Assembly (NCBI GenBank): GCA_050010755.1
Contig: JBEKKK010000002.1
Span: 96,001-160,000 of the forward strand
Direction of reading: 5' to 3'
DNA: 64,000 nt
DNA from: Candidatus Bathyarchaeia archaeon
GTDB taxonomy: Archaea; Thermoproteota; Bathyarchaeia; Bathyarchaeales; Bathycorpusculaceae
The notes below the pieces were generated by a model. That model saw only the letters and a list, made by a program, of their open reading frames with translations. It did no database searches and was not told the origin of the DNA. Of this stretch, positions 19,900 to 29,192 are shown in pieces; the stretch's first letter is position 1, and every line of letters starts with the position of its first letter. The translations under genes were made by a program, and so were the position numbers.

Positions 19900-21311
19900 T
19901 CTTTGTCACCGAAGATTCTGGCTTCAAGATCCTCGTAGAACATCGCCCTTCCTATTTCACCTGCTTGTCTTCTCACTTCCCGGAGGCCCATTCCGCCGAG
20001 CACTTCCAACAGTTGGTCTCTCCAGGCGCCTATCAGGTTCATGACTCGTTGAGTTGCTAGTTCTGCGTCTCCATCTTCCAGCTTTATAGTACAGCTTTGG
20101 CCAAGCGCGTTTTCGTGGCAAACTCTGCATCCTAGGGCGATCTGATACGCCACTCCGACTGCGACTGCGTTGGCCCCGAGGATTATGGATTTGGGAACGT
20201 GCGCCGCCTCGGCTATTCCGCCGCTGAAGATCACGGTGATCTTGTCTCGATTGTGCTTGTCTACAAGGTTTGTGTGAACAGACAGGATGGCGTTCTTGAT
20301 TGTGTCAGGGTCTCGAGCCACAACGTCGTCATAAACGTGAAAATGAACAATATCGCCCCCCAACTCTGCCAGTGCATTTGCCCTCTCAGGGGCCTTTTCA
20401 TCGTAAATGAACCGGGAAGAGACCAGCGCCGAAGGATTAATCGTTTTAACCTTCGTAAGCTGACCTTCAACGTCGCTATCCTCAAACATGACTTCAACGA
20501 TTTGCGATTTCTTGACCAAACCCTCAAACTTGTCTATCTCTTCGGCGTTGATTCTGGGTATCAGACTCGCCCTGTAACGAGCCATATCAGAAGAATACTC
20601 CCTTGCATTGACTATGGCAAAAGTCTTAAGTCCCGCGGCAGCCCTGGCCAAGGCCAACTGGAGATTGTTGCTCGCTGCGCAATTGAGTGGGGCGTCGAGA
20701 ATCATGGGTATTGGAATCTCTATTGTTTTTGGAATTTTGGAAACTAGGTTTTTGTTCTCGTCAAATTCGAGGGATTGAAGTCTCCTTCCCAAGTCTACCG
20801 AAGTCGAAATGTACTCCCTGCCATGAATCCCATCTCTCGTCGGTCTGACTATCTCCGAAAAATCGAACCAGAAGCTGTCAAAACCAGGTCCCGCAAAGGG
20901 GCCATTATACCCTGCGCCCGAAACAGGAACCTTGCCCGTTTCTGCTTCGAAATAGATTGTTTTTATCCTGTCCGGAGAGAAATAAGAATTTCCGAGTTTT
21001 TCAAATTCCGGGTTGATTCCGATTGAGATGGCGGCTTTTGGGCATTTCAAGACACACATGTAGCAGCCCCTGCAGAACTCTGCATTGGGCTCTGCTATCT
21101 TACCGTCCTCTTTAGTTTCATGCACACTGTATATGCAAGCCTGTGTGCATTCTTGAGCGTCAGTGCAGTTGTTGTAGCGTTTGACTAGAAACTTTGGAGG
21201 CAACTTGACTTTTGGAGGTGCTTCCTTCACTGCAATGTGGTATCTCTCGTAAAAGGTTTTCATCAGAAGCACCTTGCATTCGAATTGCAGTTCGGAATCA
21301 TGTATGCTCAA
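19896..21311 (-). CDS. Divergent glutamate synthase-related FMN-barrel protein with an N-terminal ferredoxin domain
   Basis: CRGCYMCVLKCP; SEIVRPTRDGIHGREYISTSVDLG; C-terminal SGGIAEAAHVPKSIILGA and QLLEVLGGMG. Confidence 0.8.
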   Translation of the reverse strand: MSIHDSELQFECKVLLMKTFYERYHIAVKEAPPKVKLPPKFLVKRYNNCTDAQECTQACIYSVHETKEDGKIAEPNAEFCRGCYMCVLKCPKAAISIGINPEFEKLGNSYFSPDRIKTIYFEAETGKVPVSGAGYNGPFAGPGFDSFWFDFSEIVRPTRDGIHGREYISTSVDLGRRLQSLEFDENKNLVSKIPKTIEIPIPMILDAPLNCAASNNLQLALARAAAGLKTFAIVNAREYSSDMARYRASLIPRINAEEIDKFEGLVKKSQIVEVMFEDSDVEGQLTKVKTINPSALVSSRFIYDEKAPERANALAELGGDIVHFHVYDDVVARDPDTIKNAILSVHTNLVDKHNRDKITVIFSGGIAEAAHVPKSIILGANAVAVGVAYQIALGCRVCHENALGQSCTIKLEDGDAELATQRVMNLIGAWRDQLLEVLGGMGLREVRRQAGEIGRAMFYEDLEARIFGDKE

Positions 21312-21354
21312 CGCTTTCTATGTGGCCATTTCAATGTGCGTTATATTACTCGGG

Positions 21355-22770
21355 TCAGCCGTAATGCAGATACTGTTTCAGTATTGCATCCACTTCGTGT
21401 GGCTTTCCCTCGAGTTCTTTCCATAACTCACGGTCGTCGTAAGCTTTAAGCTTCTCGATCGTCTTGTCCACAAGTATCGTCGGGAAAACGTCATCTGCCT
21501 CATAGAACCGCCTATCAGCCTCAAGGCTGTCTGCAGATTCGTTGCACGAGCACGGCAAAGCTTTGAACCCCTTTTGACAGCTGCTGTTGGCATCTGCACA
21601 CGAATCTTGGGCAACTTTCAACGCGTCTTTCGGATTCTGCACACCATAGTCAGCAGATACCGCTAGTGCAGCAAGGATAAGATACGTGTTTGCGAAGGCA
21701 TCTGGGGCTCTGTATTCGAAAGTTCTTCGGCAATCCTCGTTCTTCTGGCTCTCAATCATGTGGTTCCACCACAAGGGAATTCGTATTAAAGCCAGCCGGT
21801 TTCTAGCGCCCCAGCAAATGCTCATTGGTGATTCTTTGGTTGAAATGAAACGTAGGTAAGAAATAGGAACAGTGTTTCCAAAAGCCGCAAGGCTCGGTGC
21901 AAACCTCAGGATCCCGCCGATCATTTCCAAGGCACAGTCACTGAGGGCTCCATCCTTGCCGACTAGAACATTCTCGTTATCTTTTATTCCGCATATGTGA
22001 ATGTGCATCCCTGAACCCGCATGTGCCATCGCGATCTTCGGCGAGAAAGAGGCCGACACGCCATGTTTTGAGCAGACGTTTCGTACAATCCACTTTGCAA
22101 TGGCCAGCGTTTCGGCCATTTCGGCCATGTTTTTTGGGATCAATTCAATTTCGTGCTGTTCAAGCAGCATTTTATCCTCAGTCCATATTCTCCCAGCTTC
22201 ACTGTGCCCGTATTTCGTTGCAATGCCAACATTAGCCAAGGCGACCGTGATTTCGTTTCTGACGTCTTCAAATCTGGCGAAGGGTGCAGACTCATGATAA
22301 TTCTTGTCCGGCATCCCCTCGAAAAGTATCTGAGTCTCCAGCCTAGACATAATGTAGAATTCCAACTCGCACATAGCTTTCAAATCGAAGCCGGCTGAAG
22401 AGTGCAGCTTCTTCTCAGCGCGTTTCAAGACATTCGCAGGAGCGATGTCCAACGGATTCCCTTTCTCATCTAGATAGTCGCAGAGAATATTCAACGTCGG
22501 AACCGTCGCAAAGGGATTGATGAAAACCCTGCCAGTTTTCGGTTTTATGTATATGTCACTTTGACCAGGCTCGATGAAAGAAAACAGGCTCGAACCGTCT
22601 ACTCTTTCCCCGAAATTCAATATTTCCAACAATTGTTTTTTGTCTGTTGTCGAAAAGCTCAGCGTCTTCAGCCTGCCATCTTCTGGAATGTGACACAAAT
22701 TCGCAATTTTGATGTTATTATCCGACACAAACTTCACAATTTCCTCGTTCTCTGAAAAACAAAATCTCAT
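21355..22770 (-). CDS. glnA: Glutamine synthetase (type I-like)
   Basis: DGSS, ELEFY, HSE, QHEI, PK..AGSGMHIH, NRLALIRIP, EYRAPD. Confidence 0.92.
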   Translation of the reverse strand: MRFCFSENEEIVKFVSDNNIKIANLCHIPEDGRLKTLSFSTTDKKQLLEILNFGERVDGSSLFSFIEPGQSDIYIKPKTGRVFINPFATVPTLNILCDYLDEKGNPLDIAPANVLKRAEKKLHSSAGFDLKAMCELEFYIMSRLETQILFEGMPDKNYHESAPFARFEDVRNEITVALANVGIATKYGHSEAGRIWTEDKMLLEQHEIELIPKNMAEMAETLAIAKWIVRNVCSKHGVSASFSPKIAMAHAGSGMHIHICGIKDNENVLVGKDGALSDCALEMIGGILRFAPSLAAFGNTVPISYLRFISTKESPMSICWGARNRLALIRIPLWWNHMIESQKNEDCRRTFEYRAPDAFANTYLILAALAVSADYGVQNPKDALKVAQDSCADANSSCQKGFKALPCSCNESADSLEADRRFYEADDVFPTILVDKTIEKLKAYDDRELWKELEGKPHEVDAILKQYLHYG

Positions 22771-23075
22771 GTCCAGACAGGGTCACTCCAGCAACTTAGA
22801 ATTTGCAGCGTTATGGAAATCCGCTATTTTAGTCTTGCGCGCATGTCACGATATTTCCAACAAAAGACGATCTAGGGAACTCCCTAATCCGTAAGAAGCC
22901 CATGAGATGAGTGAAATGGGCCCGTTTTTGTTGCTATGATGTTGGCTGTGGCGCCCTTGTCGGAGCTGATAATGAGAATGTGGCATATGGTTTGATGAAC
23001 CCTCCAGCTGAAGATTTTGGACCATTTTCCAAACAGACGCGCGCGCATGAGGACGGTGATGAATACCGAAGTCTT

Positions 23076-24230
23076 CTACTCAGTAAGTGAATGATGCCAA
23101 GTGATTATATATTCAGGCAGTCTGAGTCCTCTTTCGCCCAGTCTTTCAACCAGTCTCACGGGCAACGGGCTTAAAATATACGCTGCCCTCATGTAAAATC
23201 TCCTAGGCTGCCCAGGCTTAACTTCTTCCTCTAGAGTTATCTGAAGGTCTGATTTTTCCTTCAAGGTTGATTTTTTCGTCCCAGTGATTGACAGAACCGT
23301 TCCGTTCATTTTTTTCAGGATGTCACACCAGGCTATGACGGGTTTGGTTTCCCCAGAGTATGACACTAGGATTTCCAAGTCGCCCGGTCTTGGAGGCGGA
23401 GTGTTCACACCTCTCGTGATGTGCACGTTGTCTCCGAGCGTACTCTTTATGTGAAAGAGTCTTATGGCCGCCATCTTGACTATCTCGTTTGCTGTGCCTT
23501 TCCCCCCTAGAAAAACGTCGGTCCTCCTTTCTAGAATGTCTACGAGCCTTGAGTACGTTTCAGATTCCGCAATAGAGTCAATCAACGGTCCAAGCTTGGC
23601 GAACTCTTCTTCACAGAGCTGAAGCACCTCGGGCGGCTCCAGGTTTCTGAACATGGCCTCGGTCATCATAAAAAGGAGGAGGAGACTTCCCAGCTCGAAG
23701 ATGTCGCCCATTATGCCCGTCTCACTGTAATCAAGCGAGGGTTTCGCTCGGCCTCTCCCCGATAACTCGACAACGTGTCCACATTTGCTAGCAATGTCTG
23801 CCAGCGGCGAATTCAGGTTCGAGGTTATGAGCCCCATGGAGAACTTTGACGACTTCTTGTCGCCTATGTACCTGAAAAGGTCCTGCGCCAGGACCAGCGG
23901 GTCGGCAGACACTCCGCTTCCAGAGTTTATCAAAAAGAAGATCTTGTTGTAACGCCTCTCAAGCTCGGCCGCGGCGTCGTACATGTTCTTTCCGGGAAAA
24001 CCAGGATCGTCAGGAGTCAGCACAACCTTGTTTCTCCAGCCTATGTGACTGATGGCTATTTGACTCATGGCCGCGTTCAACGAATACAGCGATCGTCCAG
24101 ATCCGCCGCACACGACACAGTCCGCTGACTTCAGATCTTCATACAGAGACGCCAACTCTCTCTTCCTGACGCTGAGCAGGTTGTCCCTAATCCTGTTAAT
24201 GTATCCGATGCGGCTGACCTTGCTTCTAAT
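23076..24230 (-). CDS. Tandem SIS-domain sugar-phosphate isomerase/binding protein (PHI-like)
   Basis: CGGSGRS..INSGSG and GGKGTA..VSYSGET..LSITG. The frame stays open 75 nt beyond the TTG at 24155, up to ATT 24230. Confidence 0.75.
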   Translation of the reverse strand: MRSKVSRIGYINRIRDNLLSVRKRELASLYEDLKSADCVVCGGSGRSLYSLNAAMSQIAISHIGWRNKVVLTPDDPGFPGKNMYDAAAELERRYNKIFFLINSGSGVSADPLVLAQDLFRYIGDKKSSKFSMGLITSNLNSPLADIASKCGHVVELSGRGRAKPSLDYSETGIMGDIFELGSLLLLFMMTEAMFRNLEPPEVLQLCEEEFAKLGPLIDSIAESETYSRLVDILERRTDVFLGGKGTANEIVKMAAIRLFHIKSTLGDNVHITRGVNTPPPRPGDLEILVSYSGETKPVIAWCDILKKMNGTVLSITGTKKSTLKEKSDLQITLEEEVKPGQPRRFYMRAAYILSPLPVRLVERLGERGLRLPEYIITWHHSLTE

Positions 24231-24389
24231 CTAAACCACACCCGATGTAATCCAAAACTCGGCAACCATATATTTGTCTTGCGAACCCGCGGTCAATGTC
24301 CTACGTCCCACCGAACCGCGTTTGGTCTCCATAAACCTTTTCTTGTAGCCCCCGTCTTTGGTTTGGCAAAGCGTGTTGATTAAGCGAAA

Positions 24390-25388
24390 GTGACGCTGTT
24401 GGAAAATGCCATAGAAACAAGTGAGCTTACCAAGCGCTTCAGCAGCCTTGTGGCAGTCGACAAGCTCAACATTTCGGTCGAGAAGGGGGAAGTTTTCGGC
24501 CTGCTAGGGCCTAACGGCGCGGGAAAGACGACGACTATTTCGATGCTCTGCACTTTATTGAAGCCAAGTTCCGGCTGGGCAAAGGTTAACGGTTTCGACA
24601 TCGTCAAGCAAGATACGCAAGTGCGAAACTCAATCGGTATTGTTTTTCAGGATCCGAGCATCGACGACAGGCTCACTGGCAGGGAGAACCTTTACATGCA
24701 CGCCAACCTCTACGGAGTGCCCACCAGCGAGCAGAAGCCGCGCATTGACAGGGTTTTGAAACTGGTTGAGCTTGACACAAGGGCTGACGATCTCATGCGA
24801 ACCTACAGCGGCGGGATGAGACGGCGCCTAGAAATTGCCCGAGGACTGATACACTACCCGAAAATCTTGTTCCTAGACGAACCCACTATCGGGCTCGACC
24901 CCCAGACACGAGAGCACATCTGGACGTACATTGAAGATTTGAGGAAGGCTCACGAAGTCACAATGATTTTGACGACGCACTACATGGACGAGGCAGACCG
25001 GCTCTCAGACCGAATAGCCATAATGGACTACGGCAAGATTGTGGCCTCGGACACACCTGCCAAGCTGAAGGACACGCTTGAAGGCGACGTAATAAGCATC
25101 AAGACCAAGGAAGCCGCGAAGCTTTCTTCCCTCATTGCCGGAACGGCAGGCGTTCTGAAAATCAATACGGTGAACGATGGACTTGACCTCACAGTCCGCG
25201 GCGGAAAGGCTCTCCTGCCCAGAATAGTGGAAACAGCAGCGAAAAACGGCATCTTCATTGAATCCGTCTCTCTCCGTGAGCCGAACCTCGCAGATGTTTT
25301 CCTGCACTACACCGGTAGGGGGATCCGAGCTGAAGGCAGCGATGAGCTTCACGGTATGTCCGCCATCCGGAGGAGACAGATCAAATGA
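24390..25388 (+). CDS. ABC-2 exporter ATP-binding subunit (DrrA-like)
   Basis: GPNGAGKTT, YSGGMRRRLE, LFLDEPT, TTHY. Confidence 0.95.
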   Translation: MTLLENAIETSELTKRFSSLVAVDKLNISVEKGEVFGLLGPNGAGKTTTISMLCTLLKPSSGWAKVNGFDIVKQDTQVRNSIGIVFQDPSIDDRLTGRENLYMHANLYGVPTSEQKPRIDRVLKLVELDTRADDLMRTYSGGMRRRLEIARGLIHYPKILFLDEPTIGLDPQTREHIWTYIEDLRKAHEVTMILTTHYMDEADRLSDRIAIMDYGKIVASDTPAKLKDTLEGDVISIKTKEAAKLSSLIAGTAGVLKINTVNDGLDLTVRGGKALLPRIVETAAKNGIFIESVSLREPNLADVFLHYTGRGIRAEGSDELHGMSAIRRRQIK

Positions 25389-26167
25389 CGGAGATGCGGG
25401 GAATCTACACGCTCTGGCTGCGAGAAGTCAAGCGTTACCTCCGAGACAGGGCCAGAATCGTGAGCAGCTTCGTCCAGCCCCTCCTTTGGCTAGCCATATT
25501 CGGCAAGGGCCTAAGTTCTCTCGCAAGGGGGATTCAGTTGGGCAACCTGACATATCAGCAGTACATTTTCCCAGGCATAGTCGGACAGACGCTTCTGTTC
25601 ACTTCAATGTTCATGGGCATCTCAGTGATATGGGATAGAGAATTTGGTTTTCTGAAGGAGATAATGGTGGCTCCGATTTCACAATTTTCAGTCTTTTTAG
25701 GCAAAATGCTGGGCGATAGCACAGATGCCCTGATTCAAGGAACAATGGTTTTCGTCATGGGCGCCATCTTGGCGTCATTTCTAGGTATTAATCTCAACCT
25801 CACTGTTTTTCTGGAATCTCTGCCAATCATGGTTCTCATCACGTTTGGACTAGTGGGTGTCGGCCTCACGGTGGCCAGCTTAATAGAGAGCCTCGAAAGC
25901 TTCGGCGTAATACAGAGCTTCATAAACCTACCACTATTCTTCCTGAGCGGGGCGATTATCCCTCTCAGCGGTCCTGGAGTTCCTGAATGGCTGCAAATCG
26001 CCTCACGATTCGACCCCTTAACCTACGGCGTGGACGCATTGAGGACGATCATCGATGGCAAAGCTTGGCAACCACTGTACCCGCTATACTTCGACATCGT
26101 GATAATCTGCGCCTTTAACATTGCCATGATCATCATCGGAACTCTGATGTTCAGCAGAAGAAAATAG
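25385..26167 (+). CDS. ABC-2 exporter permease (DrrB-like)
   Basis: Six TM segments; DREFGFLKEIMVAP, PLFFLSG, PLTYGVDALR; ATGA overlap with the ATPase gene. Confidence 0.93.
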   Translation: MTEMRGIYTLWLREVKRYLRDRARIVSSFVQPLLWLAIFGKGLSSLARGIQLGNLTYQQYIFPGIVGQTLLFTSMFMGISVIWDREFGFLKEIMVAPISQFSVFLGKMLGDSTDALIQGTMVFVMGAILASFLGINLNLTVFLESLPIMVLITFGLVGVGLTVASLIESLESFGVIQSFINLPLFFLSGAIIPLSGPGVPEWLQIASRFDPLTYGVDALRTIIDGKAWQPLYPLYFDIVIICAFNIAMIIIGTLMFSRRK

Positions 26168-26280
26168 CCGACACTCTCGCGATGTTGCAGCATGACTTTT
26201 GGTACAGAGAAAAGATCATGCGGAGCAAAGCAAACCAAAGACAAAGGATTGTCTGGCCGAACCGCGCGGTATGTGAAATA

Positions 26281-27654
26281 CTAGGGCGGGTTTTGCTTGC
26301 TCTTGCCCTTTCCGACGCCCCTGTACGTGAGCCCGGCTCTGACCGCGGCTTCTTCGGTGAAGGCGTTTCTTCCATCTACCAGAATCGGTGTTGCCAGTTT
26401 CCTCTTCAGCTTTCCGAGATCCAATTGCAGGTATTCTTTATGTTTGGTTGCCAGAATCACCGCGTCCGCGCCCGTCACCGCCTTGTCGAGATCATTTGTG
26501 AACGGGAGGTCAAAGTTTCGTACTATCGGGTCGTGAAGCACAGGTTTTGCGCCTCTCTTCTCCAGTTCAGCGTAAAGAGTGGCTGAGGGCGTCTCCCGTG
26601 TGTCATCAGAGTTTTCGATGAAAGCCAAGCCCAGTATCGCCACTTTTGCGCCTTTTATCTTCTTAGAGTGCTCTGCCAGCGCGTCCTGAACCAAGTCGAT
26701 TGTGTGTTTAGGCATCGAGTCGTTGCGTTCGCGGCTGGAAAGGATCACTTTTGGGACAAACTTGTATTCGCCGTACTCGTCTAGACCGTACTTCAACAGC
26801 CATGGATCCTTCGGTAGACAGTGTCCTCCAACACCGGCTCCTGGATAATGCATGTTCCTAACAGGGTTTGACGATGGGTTCTTAGGATCATTGGGCAAAG
26901 TGTTAACCAGCTCCCGCACCTTGTAAGCATCAACTCCGAGACTTTCGCATATGAGTCCCACCTCGTTTGCAAAAGCGACGTTCACGTCTCTGTACGTGTT
27001 TTCCACAACCTTGGCCACTTCGGCAGTGAGTGCATCGGTCGGGATGAGCTTTGCCTTCACAATATGACCGTATAATTCCAGGGCACGTTCAGTGCTCTCT
27101 TTATCAATTCCTCCCACTATCCTTGGAAGGTCCACTAGATTTTTGATCAAGCGTCCGACCATCACCCTTTCGTAACAAAAAGCCAGAGAGAAATCCTTCC
27201 CCGCCTTCATGCCTGAAGACTTCTCCAGGAGAGGCTTCACGACGTTGCTGGTTGTGCCAGGAGCAACGGTCGACTCAATCGCGACGAGTGTCCCGCGGCG
27301 CATGTACTTCCCAACATTCGCACTGACTTCTTCCAAAGACTCGCAGTTGGGAACCTTATTCGCATCGACGGGAGTCTGGACATCTATCAGAATCGCCTCC
27401 GAATCCCTACAGACGGACACGTCTTCCACGACCCTGAAGCTGCCCTTCTTCACTACGCGCGCCAAGAGTTCAGACAGGCCAGGTTCGTCTCCGCCGTTGG
27501 GGTTCCTGCCCTCGTTCAGCCAGTCGATTTTCCAGCCCGAACGCTTAGATCTACGCTGCACACCCACAACGGTGAAGCCCTCAACGTCGGCGAAAAGCGC
27601 GGCCACTGGGATTCCGACATAGCCCATTCCTATGACAACGATTTTCCTGACCAT
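26281..27654 (-). CDS. Nucleotide-sugar dehydrogenase (UDP-GlcNAc/ManNAc 6-dehydrogenase family)
   Basis: GMGYVG Rossmann motif, ESTVAPGTT, KVVENTYRDVNVAFANE, GVGGHCLPKDP. True start at MVRKIVV. Confidence 0.92.
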   Translation of the reverse strand: MVRKIVVIGMGYVGIPVAALFADVEGFTVVGVQRRSKRSGWKIDWLNEGRNPNGGDEPGLSELLARVVKKGSFRVVEDVSVCRDSEAILIDVQTPVDANKVPNCESLEEVSANVGKYMRRGTLVAIESTVAPGTTSNVVKPLLEKSSGMKAGKDFSLAFCYERVMVGRLIKNLVDLPRIVGGIDKESTERALELYGHIVKAKLIPTDALTAEVAKVVENTYRDVNVAFANEVGLICESLGVDAYKVRELVNTLPNDPKNPSSNPVRNMHYPGAGVGGHCLPKDPWLLKYGLDEYGEYKFVPKVILSSRERNDSMPKHTIDLVQDALAEHSKKIKGAKVAILGLAFIENSDDTRETPSATLYAELEKRGAKPVLHDPIVRNFDLPFTNDLDKAVTGADAVILATKHKEYLQLDLGKLKRKLATPILVDGRNAFTEEAAVRAGLTYRGVGKGKSKQNPP

Positions 27655-27724
27655 GAATAATGCCAAATGTAAGTTGGCTATATCTCGTTTTTGCTTCTTT
27701 TCACGGGATCTGACACGAACTCTT

Positions 27725-28222
27725 CTATGTTCCTTCTGCACCCGTCCGAAGTTTGACGCCAACGGTTTTTGCAAGTCTTTGCAGATCTTCATCGCTCATC
27801 CATTCGGTCTTAAGATACTCGCAGATTCTGTCGTCGTTCATTCCTAGTCTTCTTGCCTCCTCAACCGCGTGGCGGTAGGCTTCAATCTCCGTAGGTCTCT
27901 CAATGTAAGCGTAGTCACTGTCAAACAGCTCTTTTCCTTCCATAAACTGTCTAACGTGAACCAACTCGTGGATGATGTCGAGATAGATGTCAACGATGTT
28001 ACCCTCATTCAGATACCGCGCGCCCATTATAAGGTGGCCGTCCAACTCACTTACTCCCATATAACCCCTTATCCCCGCGAACTCGACCATAAGGTTGCTG
28101 AGCACTCTCTCGGTTTCTTCACCGAAAACCTCTCTGACCGCAGCAACCTTTTCAAAACCCTTGAAATACCGCGTGAAGGGATACATTGCAATCTTGACGT
28201 CGCGGGGTATCTTGACGTTCAA
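27725..28222 (-). CDS. Hypothetical protein with a zincin-like HExxH motif
   Basis: IIHELVHVRQ..RPTEIEAY. Confidence 0.7.
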   Translation of the reverse strand: MNVKIPRDVKIAMYPFTRYFKGFEKVAAVREVFGEETERVLSNLMVEFAGIRGYMGVSELDGHLIMGARYLNEGNIVDIYLDIIHELVHVRQFMEGKELFDSDYAYIERPTEIEAYRHAVEEARRLGMNDDRICEYLKTEWMSDEDLQRLAKTVGVKLRTGAEGT

Positions 28223-28347
28223 CTGTGATTCTATCTCTGTCAGTCCTCCTCTTGGAGCCTATTTTGGAAGAACCCGAATTAGTAAAGTTTATGCTCTTGA
28301 AATAGTCTTGACAATGGCGAAAAACCAAGTAGAGGGGTCCGGTTCAC

Positions 28348-29187
28348 TTGTTCCGCATCAAGACTATGTCTCCAGAGGATTTCGATTTTGCAGTTCAAAT
28401 CACAGAAAAAATGAACTGGGGCCTCACAAACGCAGACTTCGAGTTCATGCTCGAACTTGAGCCTGAGGGCTGTTTCGTCCTCCTCGAAGACTCGAAAAAG
28501 ATAGGTCTGGCCACGACCGTCAGCTTCGGAACCTTGGCCTGGTTTGGTAACTTAATCGTCACCGAGAGCCACCGAAAAAAGGGGGCAGGCTCACAACTTG
28601 TAAAACATTCGATCCAATATTTGACTCACAAGCGAGTAAAAACCATCGGCCTCTACGCCTATATGGATAGAATCCCTTTCTATGAGAGGCTCGGATTCAA
28701 ACGCGACTCAGAATTCACAGTTCTGAAAGGAAGAGGCTTATCCTTGCCAGTCAAATCCGATGCGAGGAAGGCAGAGAAACAAGACTTGAAAGAAATCATC
28801 GAATTCGACAAATCATGTTTCGGCGCGTCCAGAAGAAAATTGCTTGAACCTATAATTCTTGATGCAGACAACCTATGTTACACTTCTGTCGAAGGGAAGC
28901 GTATAATCGGTTACGCCGTGGCCAAAGTGTACAGACACATGGGTGAGATAGGACCGCTGGTATGCCGAAAAGGGCGTGAAGACGTAGCCATCAACCTTTT
29001 AAGGTCCGTTCTGAGCAGGTTGGAAGGGTATGAGGTTTCAATGTACGTTCCTAGCGGAGAGAGCACAATCCTCAATTTCCTCAAAACGTTAGGATTTACT
29101 GAAAGTTCTCGTGTGGTTAGAATGTTTTTCGGATTGTCCGTTGCCAAAGATTGCATTTGCATGGCCGAATCATTGGAGAGAGGTTGA
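28348..29187 (+). CDS. GNAT acetyltransferase (tandem GNAT domains)
   Basis: LIVTESHRKKGAGSQL, FYERLGF and IGPLV. Confidence 0.88.
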   Translation: MFRIKTMSPEDFDFAVQITEKMNWGLTNADFEFMLELEPEGCFVLLEDSKKIGLATTVSFGTLAWFGNLIVTESHRKKGAGSQLVKHSIQYLTHKRVKTIGLYAYMDRIPFYERLGFKRDSEFTVLKGRGLSLPVKSDARKAEKQDLKEIIEFDKSCFGASRRKLLEPIILDADNLCYTSVEGKRIIGYAVAKVYRHMGEIGPLVCRKGREDVAINLLRSVLSRLEGYEVSMYVPSGESTILNFLKTLGFTESSRVVRMFFGLSVAKDCICMAESLERG

Positions 29188-29192
29188 ACCTA

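Noticed and set aside
22771-23075. NrpR operator (GGAA-N6-TTCC) upstream of glnA
   Set aside because: GGAA and TTCC words are present but not at the required spacing.
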